33,902 nucleotides of DNA, taken from IMG/VR virus record IMGVR_UViG_3300044667_000292, positions 1-33,902 of that record; one strand, given 5' to 3'. The stretch's first letter is position 1. Each line of letters opens with the position of its first letter. A model generated the notes under the pieces. That model was given only the letters and a program-made list of their open reading frames with translations, made no database searches and was not told where the DNA came from. Below, piece by piece: positions 7,707 through 16,455 of the stretch. This DNA is from a virus (taxonomy: Duplodnaviria; Caudoviricetes). Position numbers and translations under genes: made by a program.

Positions 7707-7933
7707 GCGGCGACGTGGATCGGTTGGACGTGCCGCGTGTGGTGCCGAACCGGGCGTCGCGCCGGCACGCTCGTGTGGACGACCGGCCGTTGCCGAGCGC
7801 GGATGACGGGGCGATGGCCGGCTACCTCGTGCGGACCCGGGTCCGCGCCATCGCACGGTCGCGGGTCGTATCTGCGGCGCTGGCCGAACTTCAGGCACGA
7901 GCTGAAGTCGACGGCGGTGAGGCCGATGGCTGA
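7703..7933 (+). CDS. Hypothetical protein
   Basis: GTGA overlap; fills the operon gap. Confidence 0.5.
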   Translation: MSGDVDRLDVPRVVPNRASRRHARVDDRPLPSADDGAMAGYLVRTRVRAIARSRVVSAALAELQARAEVDGGEADG

Positions 7934-8165
7934 CTGGCTGTCCGGTCTCGCGCAGAACCTCCTTGCGTCCGCTCTCGCCGGCGGCGCGGTCTGGCTGTGG
8001 GCGCACCGGCACATTCGTCGTTTGCACGCCAAGCTCGACGGCCTGCACGCCAAGCTCGGGCCCGAGCCTGCGCCGATCCAGCTTCGGCAGAACATCGACC
8101 CGGCCGAAGCAGACCGCTTCGCTGAGGAGTTCCGTCACCGCGTGCGCGAGGGCCGGCTGCGATGA
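7926..8165 (+). CDS. Small membrane protein
   Basis: GGTGAGG RBS; N-terminal hydrophobic helix NLLASALAGGAVWLW. Confidence 0.6.
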   Translation: MADWLSGLAQNLLASALAGGAVWLWAHRHIRRLHAKLDGLHAKLGPEPAPIQLRQNIDPAEADRFAEEFRHRVREGRLR

Positions 8166-8365
8166 CCAGCTACCGCCGCGACCCCGCCACGGGGCAGCTC
8201 GCCCAGCGCATCCCCACTCAGGCCGATGTGCACACCGGTGACGCGGTGCCCGGCAGCGAGCGGTGGGTGGTCCTGTTCTTCCAGCCCGGATCCGGTGTCG
8301 CCGTCCGCACCGTCGACGACCACGAAGCCGCGACGTGGACCGAGGTCGAGGTGGACGAACCATGA
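8162..8365 (+). CDS. Hypothetical protein
   Basis: ATGA overlaps on both sides. Confidence 0.6.
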   Translation: MTSYRRDPATGQLAQRIPTQADVHTGDAVPGSERWVVLFFQPGSGVAVRTVDDHEAATWTEVEVDEP

Positions 8366-9756
8366 CCGTCGTCCTCGACCGTCCCGCCGAGACCACCGTC
8401 GTGCGGTACGAGCCGCGCGGGGCCGCGCTGAACCTGATGCGCTGCCGCGAACCGGTCGTGGTGATGGAAGGCCCGGCCGGCACCGGCAAGAGCCTGGCCG
8501 GACTGTGGAAGCTGCACCTGACCGCGCTCAACTGCAAGATCCGCGGCCTGCTCGTCCGGCAAACCCACCTCGCGCTCACCTCAACCACGCTGGTGACGTT
8601 CGAGGAACTCGTCATCGCCGACGCCCTGAAGGCCGGTGTCGTGCGCTGGTTCGGGGGCTCCGGGCGGCAACCTCCCGGCTACCGGTACGCCAACGGGTCG
8701 TTTATCGCCGTCGGTGGCCTGGACAAGCCGAGCAAGTTCCTGTCGTCCGAGTTCGACCGCGTCATGATCGATGAGGCGACCGAGGTCACCGAGACTGCGC
8801 TGGAAACCCTGATCTCCCGGTTGCGTGGCCGCGGGAAGACGTACAAGCAGATCGTGTTGTGCTGCAACCCCGACGCGCCCGCGCACTGGATCAACCAGCG
8901 TGCTGACCGCGGTGCTCTGCCGCGGCTGCTGTCCCGGCACCGCGACAACCCCGCCTACTACACGTCCGCCGGTGAGCTGACCGAACGGGGCGCGGACTAC
9001 ATGGCCAAGCTCGACGCTCTGTCCGGTGTGCGCCGGCTGCGGCTGCTCGACGGGATCTGGGCGGCGGCCGAGGGCATCATCTACGAGGAGTTCGACCCGA
9101 ATATCCACGTCGTGCCCAAGCCGACGTTCCACAAGGACACGCGCCTGTGCTCGGCCGGGATGCCGTGGGACTGGCCCCGTTACTGGGCAATCGACTTCGG
9201 GTACATCCACCCGTTCGTGCTCAAGCGGTACGCCATCGACCCCGACGGCCGCGCCTGGCGCTACGCCGAGATCTACCGCACGAAGCGGCTCGTCGAGGAC
9301 CACGCCGCCGAGGTCATGGACGAGGTGTCCCTCGAAGACCCCGACGCGGCCGGCAGTGCCCGCCGTCGCGTGTGGACCGAGCCGAAGCCCCGCAAGGTCA
9401 TCTGCGACCACGACGCCGAGGGCCGCGCGACGTTCGAGGAGAAGACCGGTCTGGTCACCTCAGCCGCGAAGAAGGCGGTCAAGGACGGCATCCAAGCCGT
9501 CCAGTCTCGTCTGCGCCTCCAACCGGACGGGAAACCGCGCCTGCTGTACGTGCAGGGCGCCCGCCGCCACCGCGACCAGGACCTCGCCGACCGGGCCATG
9601 CCGACCTGCACCGAAGAAGAGTTCGGTGGCTACGTGTGGGCCGACTCCGCCACCAAGGAAGAGCCGGTGAAGGTCGGCGACGACGGCATGGACACCGACC
9701 GGTACCTGGCCATGGAACTGGATCAGGGTCAGACGAAGTGGATGAGGTGGGTCTGA
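8362..9756 (+). CDS. terL: Terminase large subunit (PBSX-like)
   Basis: Walker A GPAGTGKS, Walker B VMIDEATE, motif III CCNP, nuclease AIDFG and DDGMDTDRY. Confidence 0.95.
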   Translation: MTVVLDRPAETTVVRYEPRGAALNLMRCREPVVVMEGPAGTGKSLAGLWKLHLTALNCKIRGLLVRQTHLALTSTTLVTFEELVIADALKAGVVRWFGGSGRQPPGYRYANGSFIAVGGLDKPSKFLSSEFDRVMIDEATEVTETALETLISRLRGRGKTYKQIVLCCNPDAPAHWINQRADRGALPRLLSRHRDNPAYYTSAGELTERGADYMAKLDALSGVRRLRLLDGIWAAAEGIIYEEFDPNIHVVPKPTFHKDTRLCSAGMPWDWPRYWAIDFGYIHPFVLKRYAIDPDGRAWRYAEIYRTKRLVEDHAAEVMDEVSLEDPDAAGSARRRVWTEPKPRKVICDHDAEGRATFEEKTGLVTSAAKKAVKDGIQAVQSRLRLQPDGKPRLLYVQGARRHRDQDLADRAMPTCTEEEFGGYVWADSATKEEPVKVGDDGMDTDRYLAMELDQGQTKWMRWV

Positions 9757-10058
9757 TGACCGTCCTGACCAACGGCCGCGGCTCGGTCCTCTCCGCGTAC
9801 CTGCCCAAGCCCCGCGAGACCGCGCAGGTCCCCACGGCTGCCGTGCCCGCCCGTGAACGCGTCCACGTCGGCGCGTGGCTGCGCCGACACGCCCGGCAGG
9901 TCAAGGACGCTGCCGTCGCGACCGTCGCGTTCGGCTGCTGCGACGTCGCCGCGTTCACGTGGCAGCACTGGGCCGGTTTCGTCGCCGTCGGTGTGTCACT
10001 GCTGCTGATCGACCACTCCATCGACCGCGGTGGAGGTGGCGATGAGCGCGCTGCGTAA
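9756..10058 (+). CDS. Small membrane protein between TerL and portal
   Basis: TGATG overlap; two C-terminal hydrophobic segments. Confidence 0.7.
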   Translation: MTVLTNGRGSVLSAYLPKPRETAQVPTAAVPARERVHVGAWLRRHARQVKDAAVATVAFGCCDVAAFTWQHWAGFVAVGVSLLLIDHSIDRGGGGDERAA

Positions 10059-11349
10059 CCTCACCCGCCGCCGGCCCACTGCGGTGGCGAAGGTCGACCC
10101 CACGGGCGGGACCCGTGTCCCGATGGTCGGCCGCTACCGCTCACTGCTCACGTCCCTGTCGGGCACGAGCGATCCCGAACAGCAGATGGAGATGTTCGGG
10201 CGCAACGGCACTCTGTTCGCGACCGTCACCCTGAATGCGTCGTCGTTCAGCACTGTGGAGTGGCGCCTGTTCCGGACCCGCGACGGCCGTGGCCGGATCT
10301 CCGGTCCGGACCCGCGCACCGAGGTGCAGAAGCACGCCGCGCTGGACATGTGGCGTCGACCGAACCCGTGGATGACCGGGCAGCTCTTCAGGGAGAGCTA
10401 TCAGCAGCACCTCGAACTGACTGGCCTCGCGTACTGGGTGATCTCCTACGTCGGTAGCATCCCGGCGTTCATGTGGCCCGCCCGGCCCGACCGGATGATT
10501 CCCGTCCCCGACCCCGAGAAGTTCATCAGGGGCTGGGTCTACACCGGACCGGACGGCGAGAACATCCCGCTGGAGAACCGCGAAGTCGTGTGGCTGCGTC
10601 AGCCCGCACCGCTGAACCCCTACAGCGGGATGGGCGCCGTCGAACCGCTGATGCCCGACATCGAGTCCGCCCGCTACATCGCCGACTGGCAGCGCAATTT
10701 CTTCCGCAACTCCGCCCTGCCCGGTGGGTTCGTTCAGTTCCCCGAAGGCGTGCGCTTGACCGATGACACGTTCGACGAGCTGACCGAGCGGTGGGCCGAA
10801 CAGCACCAAGGCGTGCAGCGAGCCCACCGGATCGCGTTCCTGGAGATGGGCGCCACGTTCCAGCCGAACACGATGTCGATGGAGGACATGCAGTTCACCG
10901 ACATGCGGCAGGACGGCCGCGATGTGATCTTCGAAGGGTTCGGCACCAGCAAGAGCCTGCTCGGTGTGACGGAGGACGTGAACCGCGCGCAGGCCGAAGC
11001 GAACGAGTACGTGTTCGCGAAGTACCGGCAGTTCGTGAAGCTGTGCCGCACCCGCGACGCGGCGAACTACCAGTTCCTGCCACTGTTCGGTGGCACCGCG
11101 CAGGGTGTGGAGTTCGACTTCGACAACCCCATCCCGAAGGACTGGCAGGCCGACGCCCAGACCACTCTGGCCAACGCGCAGGCCGCGAAGATGCTCGTGG
11201 ACGCCGGGTACGACCCCGACGACGTCGCACAGGCCATGTCCCTGCCGAACATCAAACACACCGGTGTCATCCCCAGCGTGCTGAAGCAGCCGCAGATCCC
11301 GCCGGACCAGGCGTACGAACCGGCCGCGACGAAGAAGGAGGCGGCATGA
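10042..11349 (+). CDS. Portal protein (HK97-like family)
   Basis: RPNPWMTG, LELTGLAYW, YSGMGAV, NFFRNSALPGG, DMQF motifs; position after TerL. Confidence 0.93.
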   Translation: MSALRNLTRRRPTAVAKVDPTGGTRVPMVGRYRSLLTSLSGTSDPEQQMEMFGRNGTLFATVTLNASSFSTVEWRLFRTRDGRGRISGPDPRTEVQKHAALDMWRRPNPWMTGQLFRESYQQHLELTGLAYWVISYVGSIPAFMWPARPDRMIPVPDPEKFIRGWVYTGPDGENIPLENREVVWLRQPAPLNPYSGMGAVEPLMPDIESARYIADWQRNFFRNSALPGGFVQFPEGVRLTDDTFDELTERWAEQHQGVQRAHRIAFLEMGATFQPNTMSMEDMQFTDMRQDGRDVIFEGFGTSKSLLGVTEDVNRAQAEANEYVFAKYRQFVKLCRTRDAANYQFLPLFGGTAQGVEFDFDNPIPKDWQADAQTTLANAQAAKMLVDAGYDPDDVAQAMSLPNIKHTGVIPSVLKQPQIPPDQAYEPAATKKEAA

Positions 11350-11582
11350 CCGTCGAAACCAGCAAGCGGCCCACGGTCACGGACTTCACGTGGACCCCGG
11401 TGCCTGAGCAGACCGGCGGCGACAAGGTCACGTTCCGGCTGTCCCGCGACGGCGAGCCGGACCTGACGATGACCGCGTCGCTGGAGCAACTGGTGTGGGT
11501 GATCGACGACGCGGACTACTTCGCCCAGTGGTACGGGTTCGCCGTCGCACAACGGGACCAGCCCGTCGAGGTGAGCGTCTGA
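11346..11582 (+). CDS. Hypothetical protein
   Basis: AAGGAGG RBS; ATGA/TGATG overlaps. Confidence 0.65.
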   Translation: MTVETSKRPTVTDFTWTPVPEQTGGDKVTFRLSRDGEPDLTMTASLEQLVWVIDDADYFAQWYGFAVAQRDQPVEVSV

Positions 11583-12796
11583 TGCCCGCGATCCCCAGTC
11601 ACCACACCGCGACCGTCGACGAAGCGTGGGATGGGCCGGCCGCTGTCGCCGCGATGCCGGCCGCGTACGCGACGCTGTACTACTGCCACGGCTGGTGGTC
11701 CGACGACGCCGCGCACAACTCCGGGTCACACGACTCCAGCGACGACGGCGACAACGACCCCGACGACGTCAAGAGCAACTACAAGTTCCCGATGCACAAG
11801 ACCAAGGGTGGACCGGCGAACGTCCGCGCCTGCCGCAACGCCCTGGCCCGGCTGGAGGGATCGTCCATCCCGGACGGCGACAAGGCCGGTGTGCGCCGGC
11901 ACGCGCAAACCCACCTGGACGACGCGAACAAGAAGTCCAACTCCTCGCGCCTGCTGCTGCCCGCCGGGATGCACAACGCCCTGCGCCGGCTGCACCTGCT
12001 CAACGGTGACCAGACCCGCAAGCCGTGGTACCGGCTGGTCCGCAACGACACCGGCACGTCGACGCTGTACGTGTTCGGCAGCATCGGCGGCTGGTTCGGT
12101 GTCAACAGCGAGGATTTCGCCACCGAACTCGCCGAGGTCAACGGCCCACTCGCCGTGCACATCAACTCCGGTGGTGGGGACGCGTTCGAGGGCATCACGA
12201 TCGCGAACCTGCTGCGTAACCACCCGCACACCGTGAACGGCACCGTGACCGGCCTGGCCGCGTCCGCCGCGTCGATCATCGCGATGGGCTGCGACTCCCT
12301 CACGATGGCGCCCGGTTCGAAGCTGATGATCCACCGGGCGATGACGTCGGTGTACGGCAACCGCGACGACATGGCCGAGGTCATGGACCTGCTGGAGAAG
12401 ATGGACACCTCCCTGGCGAAGCTGTACCAGGCTCGCGCCGGCGGCGACCTGGACCAGTGGGAAAACGCCATGCAGGCCGAGACCTGGTACGACGAGGACG
12501 AAGCGGTCGCCGCCGGGCTGGCCGACCACATCGCCGAACCGGCAGCGAAGGCCGGGCCGGAACCGGCGGAACCGCTGTGGCCCGGCAACTCCAAGCGCAC
12601 TCCCGTCGGGGAGCAGACACCGGTGCCGCCGGTCGCGGAAACTCCCCCCGCCGCGCCGACGGCACCGGCCCAGCCGGTCGCCGCCGACACGCCCGTCGAG
12701 CCCGCCGAGCCGGCAGCGCCCCGGTTCGACGTCGAAGCCGTACGTGCCGCGCTCCGCGGCGCGTTCGTCACTACCCCGAAGGAGGCGCGGCTGTGA
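11582..12796 (+). CDS. ClpP-like head maturation protease with N-terminal extra domain
   Basis: INSGGGDAFEG, GLAASAAS (Ser), LMIH (His), ETWYDEDEAVAAGLAD; Pro/Ala-rich tail. Confidence 0.92.
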   Translation: MPAIPSHHTATVDEAWDGPAAVAAMPAAYATLYYCHGWWSDDAAHNSGSHDSSDDGDNDPDDVKSNYKFPMHKTKGGPANVRACRNALARLEGSSIPDGDKAGVRRHAQTHLDDANKKSNSSRLLLPAGMHNALRRLHLLNGDQTRKPWYRLVRNDTGTSTLYVFGSIGGWFGVNSEDFATELAEVNGPLAVHINSGGGDAFEGITIANLLRNHPHTVNGTVTGLAASAASIIAMGCDSLTMAPGSKLMIHRAMTSVYGNRDDMAEVMDLLEKMDTSLAKLYQARAGGDLDQWENAMQAETWYDEDEAVAAGLADHIAEPAAKAGPEPAEPLWPGNSKRTPVGEQTPVPPVAETPPAAPTAPAQPVAADTPVEPAEPAAPRFDVEAVRAALRGAFVTTPKEARL

Positions 12797-14166
12797 CCGC
12801 ACCAACGATTCCGCAGACCGCCGCCGAGTTCGAGGAAGTGCTCGCCGACGGCGCCCGCGTCCAGGAAATGATCGTCAAGGGCGAGTTCGGCGACTTCACC
12901 AAGCAGTACGCGGCGAAGATGACCGCCAAGGACGAGGACCTGGTCAAGCAGTTCCACGAGCAGCTCCAGCAGGGCCTGCGGGACTTCCTGATCGAGTCCG
13001 GCCAGTCGGTGAGCAAGCTGGACCTGTCCGACGTCCGCAAGGCCCGCGCTGGCCGCCGCGCCGGCCTGACCAACGACGACAAGGGCCAGCTGCACAACCC
13101 CAAGGCACCCGGTGCGGCGCTGGACAAGCTGTACGAGACCCCAGTGGACTTCTTCCACACCGCCTGGCACCTGAACGCGGAGATGCTGCCCAACGGTGAC
13201 GAACTGCGTGCGCGCGCGGCGAAGCACCGGGAGATCGTGAACGCCGCGTCCAGCGTCGTCCCCTCCGACGGTGGGTTCCTCATCCCGGAGATCCTGCGCA
13301 GCGAGATCCTTCAGCTGGCCCTGGAGGGCGCGATCGTCCGCCCGAACGCGACGGTCATCCCGATGGACAGCCTGAAGGTCCCGATCCCGGCGGTCGACGA
13401 GACGTCCCGCGCGTCGTCGATCTTCGGTGGCATCGCGTTCCAGTGGACCCCGGAAGGTGCGCCGCTGACCGACACGTCCGCGAAGTTCGGTCAGATCACC
13501 CTGGACGCGAAGAAGCTCACCGGCTACGCCGGCATCCCCAACGAACTGCTCGCGGACGCCCCGGCGTTCACCGCGTGGTTCCAGGCCAAGTTCCCGGCCG
13601 GGTGGGGCTGGTTCGAGGACCTCGGGTTCCTCACCGGTGACGGTGTCGCCAAGCCGCAGGGCATCACCACCGCGCCCGGCGCGGTGAAGGTGTCCCGGAA
13701 CAACGCCAACGCCATCAACTACGACGACATCGTGCGCATGTACTCGCGCATGTACCCGGCGTCCGTGCGGAACTCGCGGTGGGTCGCGGCGATCGACACG
13801 TTCCCGCAGCTGGCGGAACTCTCGTTCGTCCCGTCCGGCGGGACCACCCCGGTCCCGGTGATGCTGTGGCAGATGAACGCGATCGGCACCCCGGTCCTCA
13901 CGTTGATGGGCCGCCCGATCGAGTTCACCGAGAAGGTCGGCCCGCTCGGTTCGCAGGGTGACCTGGGCCTGTACGACTTCTCCGAGTACCTGGTCGGCGA
14001 CCGGCAGGCCATGCAGATGCAGTCGTCCAACGACTACCTGTTCGGCACCGACAAGACCGCGATCCGGGTCATCGGTCGCGTCGACGGGCAGCCGTGGCTG
14101 CGCACCGCGCTCACCCCCGCGAACGGCTCCAGCAACACCCTGTCCCCGTACGTGGTGCTGGTCTGA
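12793..14166 (+). CDS. Major capsid protein (HK97 fold)
   Basis: SDGGFLIPE, WTPEG, FGQITLDAKKL, FLTGDGVAKPQGI, TLMGRPI, RVDG. Confidence 0.95.
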   Translation: MTAPTIPQTAAEFEEVLADGARVQEMIVKGEFGDFTKQYAAKMTAKDEDLVKQFHEQLQQGLRDFLIESGQSVSKLDLSDVRKARAGRRAGLTNDDKGQLHNPKAPGAALDKLYETPVDFFHTAWHLNAEMLPNGDELRARAAKHREIVNAASSVVPSDGGFLIPEILRSEILQLALEGAIVRPNATVIPMDSLKVPIPAVDETSRASSIFGGIAFQWTPEGAPLTDTSAKFGQITLDAKKLTGYAGIPNELLADAPAFTAWFQAKFPAGWGWFEDLGFLTGDGVAKPQGITTAPGAVKVSRNNANAINYDDIVRMYSRMYPASVRNSRWVAAIDTFPQLAELSFVPSGGTTPVPVMLWQMNAIGTPVLTLMGRPIEFTEKVGPLGSQGDLGLYDFSEYLVGDRQAMQMQSSNDYLFGTDKTAIRVIGRVDGQPWLRTALTPANGSSNTLSPYVVLV

Positions 14167-14176
14167 CGTGCACGAC

Positions 14177-14210
14177 CCCCGGCGGTCGACCGGCCGCCGG
14201 GGCCTTTGTT
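14177..14210 (+). terminator. Intrinsic terminator-like hairpin after the capsid gene
   Basis: CCCCGGCGGTC-GACC-GGCCGCCGGGG followed by CCTTTGTT. Confidence 0.6.
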
Positions 14211-14237
14211 CCACCCCGGAACTGAAACGGAGCAGCC

Positions 14238-14747
14238 ATGCTGAAGCTCGGATACACCGTCGACATCGGACCGCTGTGGGCGCCGGTCGACCTGACCACG
14301 GCCGGCGCGACCGGTCTGCGCGTGGCCTTGAAGAAGGGCCGCTCGTGCATCTTCGTCGTGCAGGCCGCGGCCGCCGCGTCGGGCACCGAGGACCTGGTGT
14401 TCACGCTGAAGGAGCACACCGCGGCGACGTCGGGCACGACCCAGAACTTCGCGAACATCACCACCGCGTGGGTGAAGTCCGCGACCACGCTGGCCGGCAC
14501 CGAGACCTGGTCGAAGATCACGCAGGCCGCGTCGGCGACGCTGACCCTGGCCGGCACCACGTACGCGGCGAAGCAGCTGATCCTGGCCGTGCAGGTGAAC
14601 GCACCGGATCTGGACGCCGGGTACGACTACGTGTCCCTCTCGGTCGCCGACCCCGGCGCCGTGTCCCGGTTGGGCGGCGGCGTGACGCTGCTGACCGACC
14701 TGGTCGAGCGGCGTGACCCGGCGAACCTCGTCGCGACGCTGTTCTGA
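14238..14747 (+). CDS. Virion structural protein (possible capsid decoration protein)
   Basis: 169 aa beta-rich Ala/Thr protein directly after the capsid gene. Confidence 0.65.
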   Translation: MLKLGYTVDIGPLWAPVDLTTAGATGLRVALKKGRSCIFVVQAAAAASGTEDLVFTLKEHTAATSGTTQNFANITTAWVKSATTLAGTETWSKITQAASATLTLAGTTYAAKQLILAVQVNAPDLDAGYDYVSLSVADPGAVSRLGGGVTLLTDLVERRDPANLVATLF

Positions 14748-14762
14748 CGGGAGGAGATCGAG

Positions 14763-15125
14763 ATGTACGAGGGGCACCCGCCGTTCAACCACAACCCGCA
14801 CGTGTACGACTTCGTTGACCCGGGCGGCAATCCCGGGACGGGCATGGTCGTGCACAGCGATGTCGCCGTGAACACCCCGGACGGCCCGGAGGCGGTCGAC
14901 GTCGAGCAGCCCGACCAGGAGCCGGCCGCTACGCCGGAGTCCGAGGAGGACGGTCCGGGTGACGTCGACGGTGACGGCGTGATCGACGAGTACGAGGCGC
15001 ACACGAAGGTCGAACTGGTCGAACTGTGTGCCGCGCGCACGCCGCCGCTGTCGACGACCGGGAACAAGGCCGAGCTGGTCGCGCGCCTGCGGGAAGCGGA
15101 CCAGGCGGCGCAGGCCAGCGAGTAG
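14763..15125 (+). CDS. Acidic protein with EF-hand-like loop and C-terminal SAP/HeH-like domain
   Basis: DVDGDGVIDEYE followed by TKVELVELCAAR..LSTTGNKAELVARLREAD. Confidence 0.75.
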   Translation: MYEGHPPFNHNPHVYDFVDPGGNPGTGMVVHSDVAVNTPDGPEAVDVEQPDQEPAATPESEEDGPGDVDGDGVIDEYEAHTKVELVELCAARTPPLSTTGNKAELVARLREADQAAQASE

Positions 15126-15128
15126 CCG

Positions 15129-15359
15129 ATGTCGGAGCCGATCGCGACTGGGGATGGCGGGGCGGGCTGGTACGGCCTGCTCGGCCTGATCCAGTCCGGT
15201 CGCGAGGTCCGCCGGGAGTGGCGGGAACGGGACCCGGTCGCCTGTCCACGCTGCGGGGAACCGGTTCGGTCCGGCGGTGAGGACGGCGTCCTGTTCTGCC
15301 GGTTCGACGGCTGGCGCTGGGACGGGTCCGTCGTGGACGCACAACCACGCAACCACTGA
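15129..15359 (+). CDS. Small Zn-ribbon protein
   Basis: PVACPRCGEP...LFCRFDGWRW. Confidence 0.7.
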   Translation: MSEPIATGDGGAGWYGLLGLIQSGREVRREWRERDPVACPRCGEPVRSGGEDGVLFCRFDGWRWDGSVVDAQPRNH

Positions 15360-15375
15360 AGGGAGGTGAGCAGCG

Positions 15376-16455
15376 GTGACCGAGGTGTGTTACGCCACGG
15401 TGGACGAGGTTAAGGGCGCGTTGGACGTGCCGGAGACGGCGCGCGCCGACGCGCAGATCCTCCGTGAGATCCAGGGGAGTTCACGGGGTATCGAGGGCGA
15501 CACGCTCCGCCGGTTCTACCCGCTGCTCGCCACCCAGACGTTCGACTGGCCCGACCACCAGTACGCGGCGCCGTGGCGGTTGTGGCTGGACCAGTGGGAG
15601 CTAACCGCCGTCACGCAGGTGACGGCGGCCGGGGTCGACATCACCTCGTCGGTGATGCTGCGCCCGGACGGAGCGCGGCTGCGGGGCCTGCCCTACGCGA
15701 AGCTGGAGATCGACCTGTCGTCGAACGCCTCGTTCCAGGCCGGCGCGACGTTCCAGCGGTCGATCGCGGTGACGGGCACGTTCGGGTACTGCGACACCGA
15801 CCGGCCGCTCACCACCTGCACTGGGTTCGTGGACACCACCGGCACGACCACCACGGTCGGAGACTCCAGTCAGGTCGGTGTCGGGTCGCTGATCCGCGTC
15901 GACAGCGAGCGGATGAACGTCACGGCGAAGGCGATGGTGTCGACTGGGCAGACCATCACCGGCCAACTGCTTGCCTCGACAAACGTCGTCACCGTGCCGT
16001 TGTCGTCGTCGACGGCGGTGCTGCCCGGTGAGGTGATGCAGGTCGACGGCGAACAGATGTGCGTCCAGACCGTCACCGGCTCGACCGCGACCGTGATCCG
16101 CGCGTGGAACGGCACGGTGCTCGCGCAGCACGCCGGCGGCACCGCGATCTACGCGCCCCGGCAGATCACCGTCGAACGCGGCGTGCTGGGCACGACCGCG
16201 GCCACCCACACCAGCGGGGCGACCGTGAACGTGCACCAGGTGCCGCCGCTGATCCGGGACCTGTGCATCGCCGAGACGCTGTCGACCCTGACGCAGACCC
16301 GACGCGGCTACACGACGATTGTGAAGCGCTCGACGACTGGTGGCTCCCCGGGTGACCCACTGGAGATGTCCGCCGCACTGGAGGATCTGCGGCGCCGCGT
16401 GTGCCAGCGGTACGCCCGGACGATGCGCGCCCGCACCGCTGCGAGGCTCGTATGA
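15376..16455 (+). CDS. Head-to-tail adaptor with inserted beta domains
   Basis: N-terminal YATVDEVK, ASR.IE-like motif, VTGTFGY, VPPLIRDLCIAE; GGAGG RBS. Confidence 0.8.
   Translation: MTEVCYATVDEVKGALDVPETARADAQILREIQGSSRGIEGDTLRRFYPLLATQTFDWPDHQYAAPWRLWLDQWELTAVTQVTAAGVDITSSVMLRPDGARLRGLPYAKLEIDLSSNASFQAGATFQRSIAVTGTFGYCDTDRPLTTCTGFVDTTGTTTTVGDSSQVGVGSLIRVDSERMNVTAKAMVSTGQTITGQLLASTNVVTVPLSSSTAVLPGEVMQVDGEQMCVQTVTGSTATVIRAWNGTVLAQHAGGTAIYAPRQITVERGVLGTTAATHTSGATVNVHQVPPLIRDLCIAETLSTLTQTRRGYTTIVKRSTTGGSPGDPLEMSAALEDLRRRVCQRYARTMRARTAARLV

Noticed and set aside
11779-14214. Long reverse-strand ORFs (811 aa here; also 7035-8615, 21987-23696, 17960-19327)
   Set aside because: Shadow ORFs of high-GC coding sequence opposite well-supported structural genes
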